DNA of 64,000 bases, taken from the NCBI RefSeq assembly GCF_009914755.1, contig NC_060943.1; one strand, 5' to 3'. Every line of letters starts with the position of its first letter. Positions within the stretch are counted from its first letter, which is position 1. The notes under the pieces are model-generated. The model ran no database searches. It was given only the letters and a program-made list of their open reading frames with translations, and had not been told where the DNA came from. Source of the stretch: the human T2T-CHM13v2.0 reference genome, Homo sapiens. Below, piece after piece: positions 15,201-59,088 of the stretch. Made by a program: the position numbers and the translations under genes.

Positions 15201-16226
15201 CATGAATGGGAAGAGCTTTGTTCCGTGGAGTTCCCAGTTCCTCTTGTCTTCTGTTAAAAATATATGGGAGTCACTATAAAAACATTAAATAATTTAATCA
15301 AAGAGTGATTCAAAAATTGTGGAGCACCCAGCTGTGGTTTGTAATTTGTGCTTCATGGGCGGGACTTGAAGAAAAGACTTTTATAAAAAGCATGATGAAG
15401 AAAACCAAATTCAGTAATTGGTTAGGTAGAGTTACATAGTTTCTTAATTTGTACAATAAAGGTGAAAATTTCCTGATTATGTAATCAGAGGTTAATTGGC
15501 AGTTTATAGTTGGTTAGGGCTGAGTTTTGTTTCTCTCAATGTAGTAATTTACTGAAAAATGTACGTCAGTTAGATTTTTTTAAAGTAGGAACCCAGGGAC
15601 TAAAGACACCTCCGTCTAATTGCCTGCCTTTTAATTATTTTCACAGTCCATGGGGAGCTGATTTTCCGCTGCATTTTTCACCTGTGTCCCAAGCAGGGTC
15701 TTAAGTCTAACCCCCATTCCTCATTTCTCCAGCCTCCCTCTGGCTTGCAGTAAGATACTAAATTTCCAGTTCCTTCTGGTGTTTCCAAATGCCAGCTTTT
15801 CCTCCCTAATTCACGTTATCGCCTATTTGTCTTTTAGTGTACTTTTCTATACCGTATTTTAATTATTTTTTGACAAAGCATTAAATGACGCTTTTCAAAA
15901 AGTTTTTTAAAAGATTTTTTAAAAAAAATATCTGTAAATATTTCCCATGAGAAGAAAGCAAAGAATAATCCCCTGATACTGTATTGTTAAAACTCTCTGT
16001 GCCTTTTCTCCTTGTATCTTCTCTAGGCACAGAGATCTTGTCAGAATGTTTTTCGGTCAAGGTTTTCCTTTGGAAACTTTATGGGGTGATGTGTCCTCAG
16101 CCACCTTTTAGTTTTTTTCTGGTCGTGGGTTTCAGTGCTGTCTGGGGATGAACTAAGATATCCACCGTGGTTATGTCAGCTAAAGTGCCTAGTGAATATC
16201 AGCTTCTGGTTTATTTTCTTCCATAG

Positions 16227-16319
16227 GACGACTTGAAATATGGAGTGTATCCTCTCAAGGAAGCAAGTGGATGCCCTGGGGCTGAGAGGAATCTTCTAGT
16301 TTACTCTTATTTTGAAAAG
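16227..16319 (+). CDS. ZNF431: ZNF431 coding exon 2 (93 nt, [31 protein letters not shown])
   Basis: ttttcttccatag acceptor, AAG|gtaacc donor, open phase 0/0; matches my recollection of the ZNF431 N-terminus MDDLKYGVY. Confidence 0.9.
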
Positions 16320-16880
16320 GTAACCTCTTGAGACATTAAAATTGTCTACGCCCAACCCAGCTTTCATTTCTTGGGGACACATTGCTGGTCAGCCAGTCCG
16401 ATGCTGGCACTGATGGGAAAACACAGAAATAATGTATGCCCCCTGGATTGTCTTAGGGGGCAGAAAGATAATGAAATAAATATAGTGGAAGAAAAATAGT
16501 GTTAAAAAGTGAAAAATTTGTGACAGATAAAATAGTATCCCAAAAGACCAGAAAAAAACAAAAACAAAAACAAAAAAACCTGACTCTAGTGAGATGGTGT
16601 AAGAACTTGCAAAGTAAAATGCACCTGGAGCAGTCACCGAGAAATACTGCAGTGTCTCCTGTATGGGTGGTTCATGAGCACATAAGTGAGCAGGAGTGGG
16701 TGGAAGAATCTCCCAAGTGATTGAATGGCCTGACTTGAAACATGAGTCAGACACACATTTGTTTTTTAATCAGCACTGCCACTCCCTGGTTTGTCACCTT
16801 GAAAATATTTGTTTACTTATTTTGACCTCACTTTTTTAGCTGTAAATTGCATTATATTAGTAGGGCTTGAAAGGTAGGAA

Positions 16881-17177
16881 TTTTTTTTTTTTTTTGAAAC
16901 AAGTTTCACTCTTGCTGCCCAGGCTGCAGAAGGATTGATCTTGGCTCACTACAACCTCTGTCTCCCAGGTTCAAGCAATTCTCCTACCTCAGCCTCCTAA
17001 GTAGCTGAGATTACAGGCACACACCACCACACCCAGCTAATTTTTTGTATTTTTTTTTAGTAGAGACAGGGTTTCATCATGTTGGCCAGGCTGGTCTCGA
17101 ACTCCTGACCTCAGATGATCTGCCTGCCTCAGCCTCCTAAAGTGCTGGGATTGCAGGCATGAGCCACTGTGCCTGGC
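16881..17177 (-). mobile_element. Alu
   Basis: Dimer flanked by aggtaggaa TSD. Confidence 0.9.
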
Positions 17178-17897
17178 AGGTAGGAAAATATTTACAAAGG
17201 GCATAAAAGAGGTGGGTTTTAGAAAAAAAATTAATATCTAATTATGTATCCCATTTGTTAAAAATTCTCATTTACCTTTTTCTTTCCCAGAGTGAGTTTA
17301 CAAGTTTCCTCAGGTGTGTTTTTTTTATGGCTGGGTGCATTCAAACAGAATTCCAAGGCTTAGCTTTTAGAATGCTAGCTACCAAGGAAAAGAATAGGGA
17401 AAAATCTCTATTCATTCTGGCTGTACAGAATGAATACATTTCCATGAGATAATGTGGTAGATAATTGGTGAGTTACATAGATTCATGAAAACATCAGTTG
17501 CTCTTTTTGCAGGGTGAATTTGTGACTAAATATCTCTGTTCAAATCCTGTTATCTTGATTTCTGAGTTTCATGCTACATTTTATGAGATGAAACTTGGTA
17601 TCACCTAGAAGTATTCCCATATAACTGTTTACTACATGGTTTTTAATGAAAACAATAAAATAATAGATATGTTGTCTGAAAGGAATGGATACTTTTGCTT
17701 CTCTTATTTAGGTACAAAATGTAAGTACCTTAAAATTTCCTTTCCTTATATGAACACCGTGTTTGAGTAATTTTGCTGGATTTTTCAAACACATAGTTTC
17801 GAAAACCAAGTGAGTAACTCTAACATGGAAATTAAAGCTTGAGCCCAGTGACTAAGAGCTAAGGCTAATATTGAGCCTACAAAAGGAGGTTATGAAA

Positions 17898-18209
17898 GGC
17901 CCACCTATGCGGTGGCTCATGCCTGTAATCCCAGCACTTTGGGAGGCCAAGGTGGGTGGATCACGAGGTCAGGAGATCGAGACCATCCTGGCTAACACGG
18001 TGAAAGCCCGTCTCTACTAAAAATACAAAAAAATTAGCCAGGCGTAGTGGTGGGCGCCTGTAGTCCCAGCTTACTCGGGAGGCTGAGGCAGGAGAATGGC
18101 ATGAACCCGAGAGGCGGAGCTTACAGTGAGCCAAGATCGCGCCACTGCACTCCAGCCTGGGCGACAGAGCGAGACTCCATCTCAAAAAGAAACAAAGAAA
18201 CAAATAAAA
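17898..18209 (+). mobile_element. Alu (AluY-like)
   Basis: gagatcgagaccatcctggctaacacgg diagnostic; approximate TSD aaggccca/aaagccca. Confidence 0.9.
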
Positions 18210-19885
18210 GCCCAGCTAGTTTTTTTCTGGGGATCCTCCCCTGCAGATGTCCCAGTCTGCTCAACCCAGCCATGGAAGAAGCCTTTCTGCTGACACAGCC
18301 CTGGAAAGCTGGGGACCCACAGGCAAATGCAGTTAGGATTAAGATGAAAGGGGACTGAGAGGATCTTACTGATGATGTTGTTATTGTTTTGAGGCAGTTT
18401 CTAGGCTTTGGAATATCAAAGTTAGATTTATGTAAAAAAAAATTCCGAAAGAGTATTGCAACAGGAAGAAGTACCAATTATAAAAACTGTAAGTATTGGA
18501 AAGTTTAGGCTGACAAGGGCTTTCTTTCCTAGGGAGGAGCAAACAGGATTAGAAAGAAGGTGGGAGGGGAATGGCAAATGAACCGTGAAAAATCAGATTT
18601 TAGATCAGAGAATGTTTTACCATGAAGTCAGCATGTTCTTAGACGAGACATAAAATAAGGTTGTATGTTGAATCAGACTGAGGATAGTTCAAAGTTCTGG
18701 AGCCTGTGAAAAATTTTATTTAGACCACTGAAGACAAATGCAGCTGATTCTTTTAATTGGAAAAATAAGAAAATGTGCAGAGTTCTACCAGAAAGAGGTC
18801 CCAATCCAAGCCCCAAAAGAGGGTTCTTGGATTTTGCTCAAGAAAAAATTCAGGGTGAGTCCATACAGTAAAGTAAAAGGAAGTATTAAGAAAATATCAC
18901 AAGGTCAGGAGTTTGAGACCAGCCTGATCAACATGGTGAAACCCCGTCTCTACTAAAAACATAAAAATTAGCCAGGCTTGGTGGTGCACACCTGTAATCC
19001 CAGCTACTCAGGAGACTGAGGCAAAAGAATCACTTGAACCCAGGAGGCAGAGGTTGTAGTGAGCCGAGACCGTGCCACTGCACTCCAGCCTGGGTGACAG
19101 AGTGACACTCTGTCTGAAAAAAAAAAAAAAAAAGAAGAAGAAAGAAAGTAAAGGAATAAAAGAATGGCTTACTCCATAGGCAGAGCAGCCCAAGGGTTGC
19201 TGTTTGCACATTTTTATGGTTATTTCTTGATTATATGCTAAACAAGGGATGGATTATTTATGCCTCCCAATTTTAGACAATATAGGATAGCTTCCTAATG
19301 TTTCCATATTTGTAAGCTGTCATGACACTTGTGGGAGTGTAGCAGTGAGGGCAATCAGAGGTCACTCTCGTCACATCTTGGTTTTGGTAGGTTTTATTTG
19401 ACTTCTTTATTGCAACCTGTTTTGTCCACAAGGTCTTTATGACTTGTATCTTGTGCTGACCTTCTTTCCTACCCTGTTACTTAGAATGCCTAACCATCCA
19501 GGAATGCAGCCCAGTCAGTCTCAGTCCTATTTTACCCAGCCCCTATTCAAAATAGATGTGCTCTGGTTCCTCTGACATCTCCCCCATCTTTTTCACAAGG
19601 GCACACTTAATCCTGAGGGTTGTAGAGGGATGAAGATCCATTTTCTGTAACTACTTCATGCTGAATAGGGGTGATGATATTTTTGCCTAACTATTCAGTT
19701 TTCTTGACCCTGAAACAAAGGATCAGTGACATTTTATGCGAAGTCAAAAAGTATTACTTTCATCTTCCATTAGTTCAGTCCCTTCAGTTAATTCCTGTTC
19801 TGTTTGATTGTCATGAACATTCCAGTTCTCCATGTATACTGAATGTTTTTTCTCTATTCTAATGTCACAATTTCTAAAGTTATCA

Positions 19886-24046
<4,161 letters not shown>

Positions 24047-26379
24047 ATGACCACAGTGATCAGTGCTCTTTTAAAAAGTCCTTTTAAATTTCTTATTACC
24101 AGACTTTATTCAGGTCAAACAGCCAATATCTCTGGCTTTTGAATTTTACCAAAAGTAACTTCACAGGTGTTCTGAAAAGAAAATTCAAGGTGGTTCCTGG
24201 AGGGGAAGAGAATCAACAAATGGTAAAGCTCACCCAAATATCAAATAAGAAAGTACTCATTCCCTAAGCCGGGAATTGAATCCTGAACCTGGGCCACCAT
24301 TATGATGGTGGAGACCAAGAGAAAATACTGTCATGTGGTCACAAGGTGGAGCTTCCAAGGCCATGACTGAGCACTTTTCTGAGCCATCTTGAACAGCAGC
24401 CTTAAGGGGTCCTAGGCCTGCATTCTATCCTAAGGTACCCCTCTTAATGACAGAAGAATACAGAAAGACAAATTTATTAGCTCAAAGTACAACAGATTTG
24501 TTACAGCTTAAGACTAACCTCACAAATGCATTCCCATATTAATTAGAACTTTACATAGAAGATAAACAGTATTTTTTTTCACCATTCATTCAATCAGTTT
24601 GCATAGAGAGGCTAGAAGTCTCGTCAGAAATTTGTACACTTTTGCCAGCATGCCAGGCTTCTGGGTTCCATTTCCCCGAGTGGCCCTAGTGATGTGGCTG
24701 GCTGCACCACAGCCCCGTGGGCCAAGCCACAACAAAAAGAAAAATTATCTTTTTCTGGCCAGATCAAAATATATGTGACAACATAGACCTTAGCCACTCT
24801 TCTTAACAACCAATATGAAACTGGCAAGACTTAAACTTGGCCCCAGTTGGGCCCTGTCATTGTTAATTCAACTTAATAATCAGGAGTTTTATCTTTTGGT
24901 CTCTAGGCAAGATGGTTACTCTGAGTAATATAAAATAAGAAAGAGAAAAGAGAGAAAAAGCATTGTCTGTGGCAGGGTAGGAAGGCAAAGAGCTGAGGGG
25001 TCCAGAGAAAGACCTACTCATTGCAGCGATAATAAAAAGTTCAGGTGGCCGCTTCTTGGTAGGAAAGAGATTTTTTTCCCAACAGTCCCATTAGCACTTA
25101 AGTTTTCCCTTTTGGACAAGAAAAAGATCCCCATGTCCCAGGGTCCTGTAGATGCCTAATTCTGTCACCCATAGCCATCAGCAAAGAGTGCAAGACAGAT
25201 TAATCCAAAAAGAATAGCAATGAATGTCCCATAGTGTCAAACCAGTTCTTAGCTGAGACGGATTTTACTGAGAGGGGTCTGTAACTTTCTGAATCTTAGG
25301 AAGGAATATAACCTTTCTAAGCTCGGCCTCAAATCCAAGTTCAGTCAAGCATCCTTGTCTTTTATTAAGAGGAGCCTTTAACCCACTGTGTCTTAGGAGA
25401 GACTCTAATTCTCCTAAGTTGTGCCTCTAACCCAATCCCATCCTTTACTCAGGCATATGCACACCACTCACCCAAAGTCAGCCGATTGGTGCACACAGAT
25501 GATTTTCCTTTGGGTCAGAGGTCTCTTAAGTATAGTCCCTTTGTGGTTACCAGAAAGATGTTACCGGAAAGAAGTTCTGATCCAGACCCCAAGAGAGGGT
25601 TCTTAGATCTCGCTCAAGAAAGAATTGAGGGCGAGTCCGTAAAGTGATAGCAAGTTAATGAAGAAAGTAAGTAAATAGAAGAATGGCTTTCTCTATAGGC
25701 AGAGCAGTGGCTGCTAGTTGCACATTTTTATGGTTATTTCTTGATTATATGCTAAACAAGGGGTGGAATATTTATGCCTCTCCTTTTTCAACTATTTTAA
25801 GATAACTTCCAGACATTGCCATGGCATTTATAAACTATCATAGCACTGGTGGGAGTGTAGCAGAGAGGACAACCACATGTCACTCTCATCGCCATGTTAA
25901 TTTTGGTGGGTTTTATCCAGCTTCTATACTGCAAACTGTGTTATCAGCCAGGTCTTTATGACCTGTATCTTATGCTGACCTCCTATCTCATCTTGTGAGT
26001 TAGAATGTCTAACCATCTGGGAATTCAGCCCAGTGGGTCTCAGCGTTATTTTTACTCAGCCTCTATTCAAAATAGAGGCTGCTCTGGTTCAGTACACCTC
26101 TGACAGAGTCTGTGTCTGGCTATGTGATAAATAAGAAAAGAGAGCACCATCTAAGTCATAATGGGAAGGGTGTTTCTTTCCATAAACTATTTCTGGAGAA
26201 CACAAAGGATGAAGAATTTTATTAATCACAGCTATTTACCCAGATTATGTATGTGCTTCATTGTTCCCCACCTCTTTTCTTTGTCATATACATTTCTTCC
26301 ATTTGACTTTTCCTGGGTTGTACTTTTTATAATAAACTAGTAAACATAACTACAGTGTTTTGCTGAGTTCTGTGAGTAG

Positions 26380-28417
<2,038 letters not shown>

Positions 28418-29064
28418 TCAGGGTCTATGCTGACTCTGGGTGGTGTCAGAATTGAAATGTTAGACACTGAGTTGCTGTTTGAGAATTGCTTGGTGTTCAG
28501 CAAACTCTACAGATTTGGTGGCAGAAGGAAGATATCCCAGAGCCCTGTCCTGGTATAAAATGAGTGTCTGCAAATGGGAGGCTCTTCTCTCCTGCACACA
28601 GGCTTTCACACTACCTATTGTCTTGGGATCCCAGGGCTCCTGCCAGGATTGAAGAGGATGAAAACTTCAAGGAAAGGAGCTCTGATGACAGACCCCCTTT
28701 TCACAAAGCTGCCACCACAGGATTCCCACCCACTCCCAAATATGCCCACTAGACATTGATGTATCCACACCTCTCCCAGCACTAGGCACCACCCTCAGGA
28801 ATTTCACTATAGCATTGTTGATTTTAGTGTTTCTTGACAAAAACCCACAAAAGTGTCTACAAGTCTCCTGGCATATCCCCACATGCAGACGCTGAATCTG
28901 CCACAGCAACCTGTTTTCCCCACCAAGCTAGGGTTCTGGGCCACCTGTTCATAATCTCATCTGCCTACAGGCACACAGAAATAAATCAGAGTCCAGCCCC
29001 ACCTGGGCCACCATCTGTAGAACAAACAACTCCTTGCACCTACATTGCACTCTTCCCCACGCAT

Positions 29065-32600
<3,536 letters not shown>

Positions 32601-33580
32601 TGTATCTTTGCTCCAAGGTTGCAGTCCTAAACTTGGCCCAAATGAACTCTCTACTTATATTCATGTTGCCTCAGCCTTTTTTTTTTTTTTTTAGGTAGAC
32701 ATATTTCTTAGAGTATGCTAGAACAGCCTCTATGAGGAGATTTTTCCTTTGATTGTACTTTACTTGATGTAACACCCAAGGATGCAAGCCAGGTTGATCC
32801 CACCTAGAATCTGCACATAACATCTTGCTTCTGCCTGGGATTCACAAGACAGGGCCAGACTTTGGATTGAGAATATACAGAAAACCAATAGGAGGCATTT
32901 TCTGCATTGTGAGATGTCAACATAGACATCTGAAACCCCGCTTTGAGAATGTGGCTTTTTAAGCTTTTTAGATCTCGTTCAATGACCTGTTACAGTTATG
33001 TAAGAGGCTCCAGGTGTAAATAGAGTCTGATGACAGAATCTTTAAGTTTAAACAAGCATCTTAAGAGTGAGAGATCAAGGCCACAAAATATCCAGAGCCA
33101 TGACAACCACAACTATACCTACGTGTAAAATGTCATGCTGGAGCAGAGTATTCTTGTCCTTCCTCTTACCCAAAAGTGAATGAATCAGGATAGGTGATCC
33201 AGGTTCTGGAGCTCCACCAGAGCAGTTCCATTTTCTATTTAGAATCAGCCTGAGTCTCTCCATCCTGGCTTATCAGTGGGCCCTCAGCCGTGGATCACTA
33301 AGAACCGTCTCACAATCACCTAGGCATCTTTGAGACATTTGAGGATGTCCAGGGCAGAACTGTGTCAGGCTGACAAGAGTGATTAATTCTGCTTCTCTCA
33401 GTATAAGAGAAAGAAGTAATCCTGTGTTTTTTACTCCCTTCATATAAGAGGTCACTTTAGTTGGTACCAAGATGAGAGTTTCTCCAGTTTCCTAGTACTT
33501 AGGTGAAAGACAAAGAGGAGGTCTTGTGACTCAAATAAACTAATTGCTTCCATTTCATATGGTCATTCAAAACATAGATG

Positions 33581-37795
<4,215 letters not shown>

Positions 37796-38987
37796 TGTTT
37801 TCCTATGTACCAGACCCTTCTCTACATCATGGCTTCTTATATGCAATGCAGAATTCCTACCATGAATTTATGATCTGCCATATTAAAAGTGTTCCTTTTG
37901 TGGCTGTTGAACATGGGAAGATGTGGATACTCAAGATTCCTACTGGGGAAAAGCTGGGGTCCTTAGTAAAGATGGAGAACATATAATGTTGTGGTTTCAT
38001 CTAAACCCAGGAAGTTGTGAAAAAATTATTAAGAGATACCTGCTCTCTAGAGTGCTAAAGAAAGACTACTTAAAATCATTATTAAAATTATGGAATGCGG
38101 GAGATATCTTGACCTTTGCATAAAACTGATTTTTTAATGGTTAAATTCAGTCTATAATTGACTTTTTGAGGGGCAATATCTCAGCAGTGATGCTGTGTTC
38201 TTCTGTGTGCATCAGCACATCATAGAAATTTGTTCTAGTGTAGTTGATGTTAATAATTTACTTGGTTAAAGAGCTCTGTGACTTTTTTTCACTATAGAGT
38301 TAATTATTTTTATCTTTATTATTAAGTATCTTTATACAGCTAATGTGCATAAACCATCACAATTAATCTGGTGCCTGCCCTTTTTTCTTAGGTTTTTTTG
38401 TTTTTGTTTTTTTTTGCATGTGTCTGTCTTTGGAAAATGAAGACACTTGACTTTGTTTACAAGCCAGAAACATTGGGAAAAACACAGTCTCTTTCACTTG
38501 CCTAATGTTTGACAAAATAGTCTTCCTGGGATAAAAACATTGGCATTACTAGTGACCTTTTTAGAATTTTAAAAACTCAGACTTTATTCCAGATCTTCTG
38601 AAAAATATAAAAAAATCTTCATGGCAGGATCTCCAGTTTATCGTGCACATTTAAATTTGAGAGGTACCTTCTGACTCAACATGTTTTTCTTTGTCTGAAA
38701 AATATACACAACTCATTATGATGTAAGTATAGCACTCAATAATGTATATGTTTGTGTTTGTGTCCTTAATTATATACTTTATCATCCAGAGAAGTATCAT
38801 ATATGCACTGGTGTTGTGGATCTTAGGCCATTCTCTGCCCTCAGAGTAGGAGAATACATTAGAAAATATTTCTGTGTTAAAAATTATTGGATAATTTCAG
38901 TTATTCTTATAAGTCAGAATCAGTTCTCTTTACTCTCTCAATTCACCTTAATTCAAATAATAAATTCTGCCCATGGCCACTTGGTAA

Positions 38988-39209
<222 letters not shown>

Positions 39210-39544
39210 TAGAATTTTTTTGATAATTTATGCTTTGTATAAATGAGTTTCTAATCCCAGTTTTCAAGAAAATCTTGATGATTTGTCCGTGTGGAAAAGA
39301 ATTTCTTCAACGTGTTTCATCTTGATCTGAACTTTCCACATTCCTGAGCTGATGTGTATCCTTCACTCTAGATTAGTGATAATTCCAGAAATTTAGTGGC
39401 ATAAAATATCACTGCCCATATCTTAAAATCTATTTGCCATCACCAATTTTTGATTCAGGTAGTAAAATTAAAAACCTACAAATTTAAAATATTTTCTAAA
39501 TAGTTAGAGATGTCTCTCTTTAATCAGTATTTTCAGATTAATTT

Positions 39545-40144
39545 TATTTTATTTATTTATTTTTTTGAGATGGAATCTCACCCTGTCACCCAGGCCGGAG
39601 TGCAATGGTGCGATCTTGGCTCACTGCAACCTCCACCCTGGGTTCAAGCGATTCTCCTGCCTCAGCCTCCCAAGTAGCTGGGATTACAGGTGCACACCTC
39701 CACACCCAGCAAATTTTTGTATTAGTAGATACAGTGTTTCACCATGTTGGCCAGGCTGGTCTCAAACTCCTGACCTCAGGAGATCTGCCCACCTCACCCT
39801 TCCAAAGTGCTGGGATTACAGGCGTGAGCCACTGCGCCTGGCTAAAACACTTTTTTTTTTTTTTGAGATGGAAGTTTGCTCTTGTTGCCTAGGCTGGAGT
39901 GCAATGCACTATCTTGGCTCACTGCCACCTCTGCCTCCCGGGTCCAAGCAATTCTCCTCCTTAGCCTCTGGAGTTGCTGGGACTACAGGCACCTGCCACC
40001 ATGCCCAGCTAATTTTGTATTTTTAGTAGAGATGGAGTTTCACCATGTTGGACAGGTTGGTCTCAAACTCCTGACCTCAGGTGATCTGTCCGTCTCGGCC
40101 TCCCAAAGTGCTGAGATAACAGGTGTGAGCAACTGCGCCCAGCC
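39545..40144 (-). mobile_element. Two tandem Alus in intron 3 (39545-39843, 39851-40144)
   Basis: Alu consensus. Confidence 0.9.
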
Positions 40145-40222
40145 TTTGGATTAATTTTCTAAAATATTCTATCACATCCTTTTTACTGAGCACAGTACTA
40201 GGTTAGTAATTAGAGAATATAG

Positions 40223-40357
<135 letters not shown>

Positions 40358-40829
40358 TGAGAGTGAAAAAAAACAGATGACACAGATGAGAGGTCCAAAG
40401 CTTAAAAAAAAAAAATGTGCCAGTCCTTACAATGTGTTTTGGGAAGCTGTGTTATAAAGCATGTAGTTTCTGGGAGGCCTGAATATTTTCTTAAAATTTT
40501 TTCTTACATAGGGACATCTTCTGTCTTATGCTTTTAAATTCTCTAAGAATTCTACTTTTCCTTGGGGGATCTTCCTTCAAGTCTACAAGAGAGCCAAAGC
40601 ATATTGTCATAGCATATAAAAGACTGTCATGGCATATAATCTGACTGCTTTTTTATTGTTTTGGGGGACGCACAAATATCTGTATAATTTTGAAAAATTC
40701 TTTGTTAAATTATTTTTTAGTTCTCTTTTTGAATCCTGTCTGAAATATGTGAGAGTAGTGATTTCTGTTCCATTAGGGGTTTCTTGTTAATTTTTTTGCA
40801 TATTTCATCCTGTTTGTATTACTATAGTC

Positions 40830-48015
<7,186 letters not shown>

Positions 48016-48099
48016 TTATTTTTATTAAGTAATTTAACTAATTTTTAAAATGACTGCTTAAAGATATAAAGTTACTATTACCAGTTTTATTGTTGTTCT

Positions 48100-53118
<5,019 letters not shown>

Positions 53119-53352
53119 GCAGACTTACTATTGTTATTTTGTTAATTGTTGTATTTGCTTCTTGTATCTTTGTTCCTCATTTTCTCTTTTTCTGTCTTTG
53201 TGTCTTTGTTGTACTTATCTTGGTATGCTTTTACTTCTTTCTCATTTGTTTTGTGTACTTACGCAAACGTATTCTTGGGGTTACCTTGGGGATTATATAA
53301 AACCTCTAAAAGATACAACAATGTATTTTAATCTGGTAAAAAATGAACTTCA

Positions 53353-53646
53353 GGCCAGGTGTCGTGGCTCACACCTATATTCCCAGCACTTTGGGAGGCC
53401 GAGGCAGGCAGATCACAAGATCAAGAGATCGAGACCACCCTGGCCAATATGGTGAAACCCTATCTCTACTAAAAATACAAAAATTAGCTGGGCATGGTGG
53501 TGCACACCTGTAGTCCCAGCTACTCGGGAGGCTGAGGCAAGAGAATCACTTGAACCCAGGAGGCGGATGTTGCCGTGAGCTAAGATTGCACCATCCAGCC
53601 TGGCGACAGAGTGAGACTCCATATCAAAAGAAAAAAAAAAAAAAAA
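53353..53646 (+). mobile_element. Alu
   Basis: Dimer with gaacttca TSD. Confidence 0.9.
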
Positions 53647-55244
53647 GAACTTCAGTTGCATCCAAAAATTTTTTCTCATTATATCTGCCTTCAAATTTGT
53701 CATTGATGTTGCTAATTGTATATTTTATGTTGTATATTTGCTAACAAATGTTTATAATGATTTCTATTCTTGTACCTTTCAAATTTTAGAGAATAATTAA
53801 TATTTTTTGCACTATTATTATAATGCTGAGAAATTCCATTTTTGTGTATGTGCATTTTTTTTCCCAGAGAATAATGTCTTTTATATGATGTGTTGTTTTG
53901 TTGAATCATGTTATTTTCAGTAGCAGCAACGGTTTTCAGCATCTTTTATATGTAAGGCATATGAAAAGCCAATGTACTTTTTCAGTATTTGGTTATTTTT
54001 AAAGGTTTTTTTTCTTTTTACTTGGAAGGACAGATATGCTGATGGTATTATTCTCACTTGATAGCTATTTTTTTCAGGACTTTGACTATATCACACAGTT
54101 TCCTTCTGGCCTGCAAAGTTTTTGTTGACAGTTCACCGGCTATCTCATAAGACTATGCTTGTAAATGACATGTCGTTTTTATCTTGCAGCTCCATTCTCT
54201 TCTTGTCTGTGACTTTCGAAATTGTGCTTATATATGTGTTTGTTATAAATATCTTTATGTGTATCCTAGTGTATTTGTTGAGCTTCTTCATTTTGACATT
54301 ATTTTTTCTTTCAGAATTTTTTAGTTATATTTTCCTTTACAATTTCTGTTTTTGGATATTTTAAATATTTTTGTTATTCTCATTTTTTCTGATTTTCTAT
54401 AGTTGTCTGTGTCCTTATTTTACTCATTGAGTATTCAATTTATTTTAAATTTTTAAAATTAATGTATACATCTTTTTTATGGTTTCTTTCTGAAAATCTT
54501 ATAATTTTGGTAGAGCGATTTTGCCCTATTTTGTATTCATTGTAATCTTTGATTAATATTTGGACATTAAATATAGCTACCTGTCACATTGTTTATAATG
54601 TAGCTTTGTCCTGGCATAGTCTGAAAACAATTATCTTGGTTTGAGATCCTGTGAGACTCTCAAACATGTTCTTTGAATGTGTCTTGTCTAAAATTTTGTG
54701 TTTATTTTTTAGTTAAAGGAGTTTCTGTTTCATCTTAATCAGCAGTCATTTGCTGTATCTGTTCCCTGTCTGTGGTACTGCAGTCTCTCTGTTGCTGTAA
54801 CATTTACCTTTGGTCTCAGCAGAAGTAAACTGTAATTCCAAAATATACCACCATTTCTTTCAGCACTTTATGTTATGGGAGACCAGTTTCTGGAAGGGCC
54901 CCTAGAAGCAAGTAATATAGATGTATGTGCCAGTGTTTTACTTGTTTATTAAAAAAGAAACGAAAAGTTAGCAATTTACTTTGAAAGGCACTATGTTGTA
55001 TTGTTGAGTAGGAAGAACTGTGTTGGGTAAATGTAACAGACTTTTCTTTTTCTTCTGTGTCTTTGCATTCCTGTGTACTCACCTGTGTGCTCACCTGGGG
55101 AACTTTACACACTTGTTTATAAGTTGTCCTCAAATATATTTTGGTCAGTATATTTTTATTAGATTTATATGTCTATGAAGGATTTAGGGCCTATGGTATT
55201 TTATTATGGCATCTTGTTTATGTAGTTTGTATAATGTAGGTTAG

Positions 55245-56745
<1,501 letters not shown>

Positions 56746-56752
56746 TAAATAT

Positions 56753-57610
<858 letters not shown>

Positions 57611-58111
57611 CATTTTCTTCTAGAGGAAAACTCTGAAGCAGTTGATCAAACTTTGTTCAACATCAGGGAATTTATATTGAAAAATTGTGCAAATATAATA
57701 AATTTGGAAAAACAATTTTTCAAAAACTACAGCTTAGAAATCAACAGTTATACTAGAATATATTTTTTCCAGATGCAGTAAAAGTAAAATATTTAATCCA
57801 TAATTAAGTCTATGCAAATATCAGAGAATTTATGGTAGAAATATATAAGGTACTGACACTTCAGATATACTAAATCAGAGTGCTAAGTATAGAAAATCTG
57901 AAACTAAAGTTGGTAGAAAAGTTATTTGTATAGAACTTTAAGAGGATCAGAAGGTTTTTTGCAGAGTTATAATTACATTCAAAGTATACTTTATTTCTTG
58001 AAAAATATTACAGATTTTTTGAAAATTGAATAATGTCATCATTCAACTCTGAAATTATTTCCTGTTGTTTCTTCATTCCTATTGGATTCACATGTGAAAG
58101 CATGGGGTTAA

Positions 58112-58366
<255 letters not shown>

Positions 58367-58623
58367 TGAACTCCTGACCTCATGTGATCCGCCCGCCTCA
58401 GCCTCCCAAAGTGCTGGGATTACAGGCTTGAGCCACCACGCCCAGCCTGTAGCATATTTTAATAGGAGAATACAATATATAATAGTAGCAGGGTTAAGTA
58501 AGGCATCCATCATCTGTAGCATTTCTCCTTTGTTTTACAAACAATCCAATTCTACACTTTAAAAAAAAATTTTTAAATGTACAATTAAATTTTTATTTAC
58601 CACAGTGTTATTTTTATCGTCAT

Positions 58624-58676
58624 AATAAAAATTATATACGAGTATAAATGAAATTCATTTCTAAATTCTTAATAAA
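58624..58676 (+). terminator. Candidate polyadenylation signals AATAAA at 58624-58629 and 58671-58676 (another at 57463-57468)
   Basis: Hexamer match only. Confidence 0.4.
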
Positions 58677-58705
58677 TATTTTCTCATGCCAGGTGTGGTG
58701 GCTCA

Positions 58706-59088
<383 letters not shown>

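Noticed and set aside
14860-15279. 139-aa ORF from the ZNF431 ATG
   Set aside because: Read-through into GC-rich intron 1 past a consensus donor; no recognisable domain
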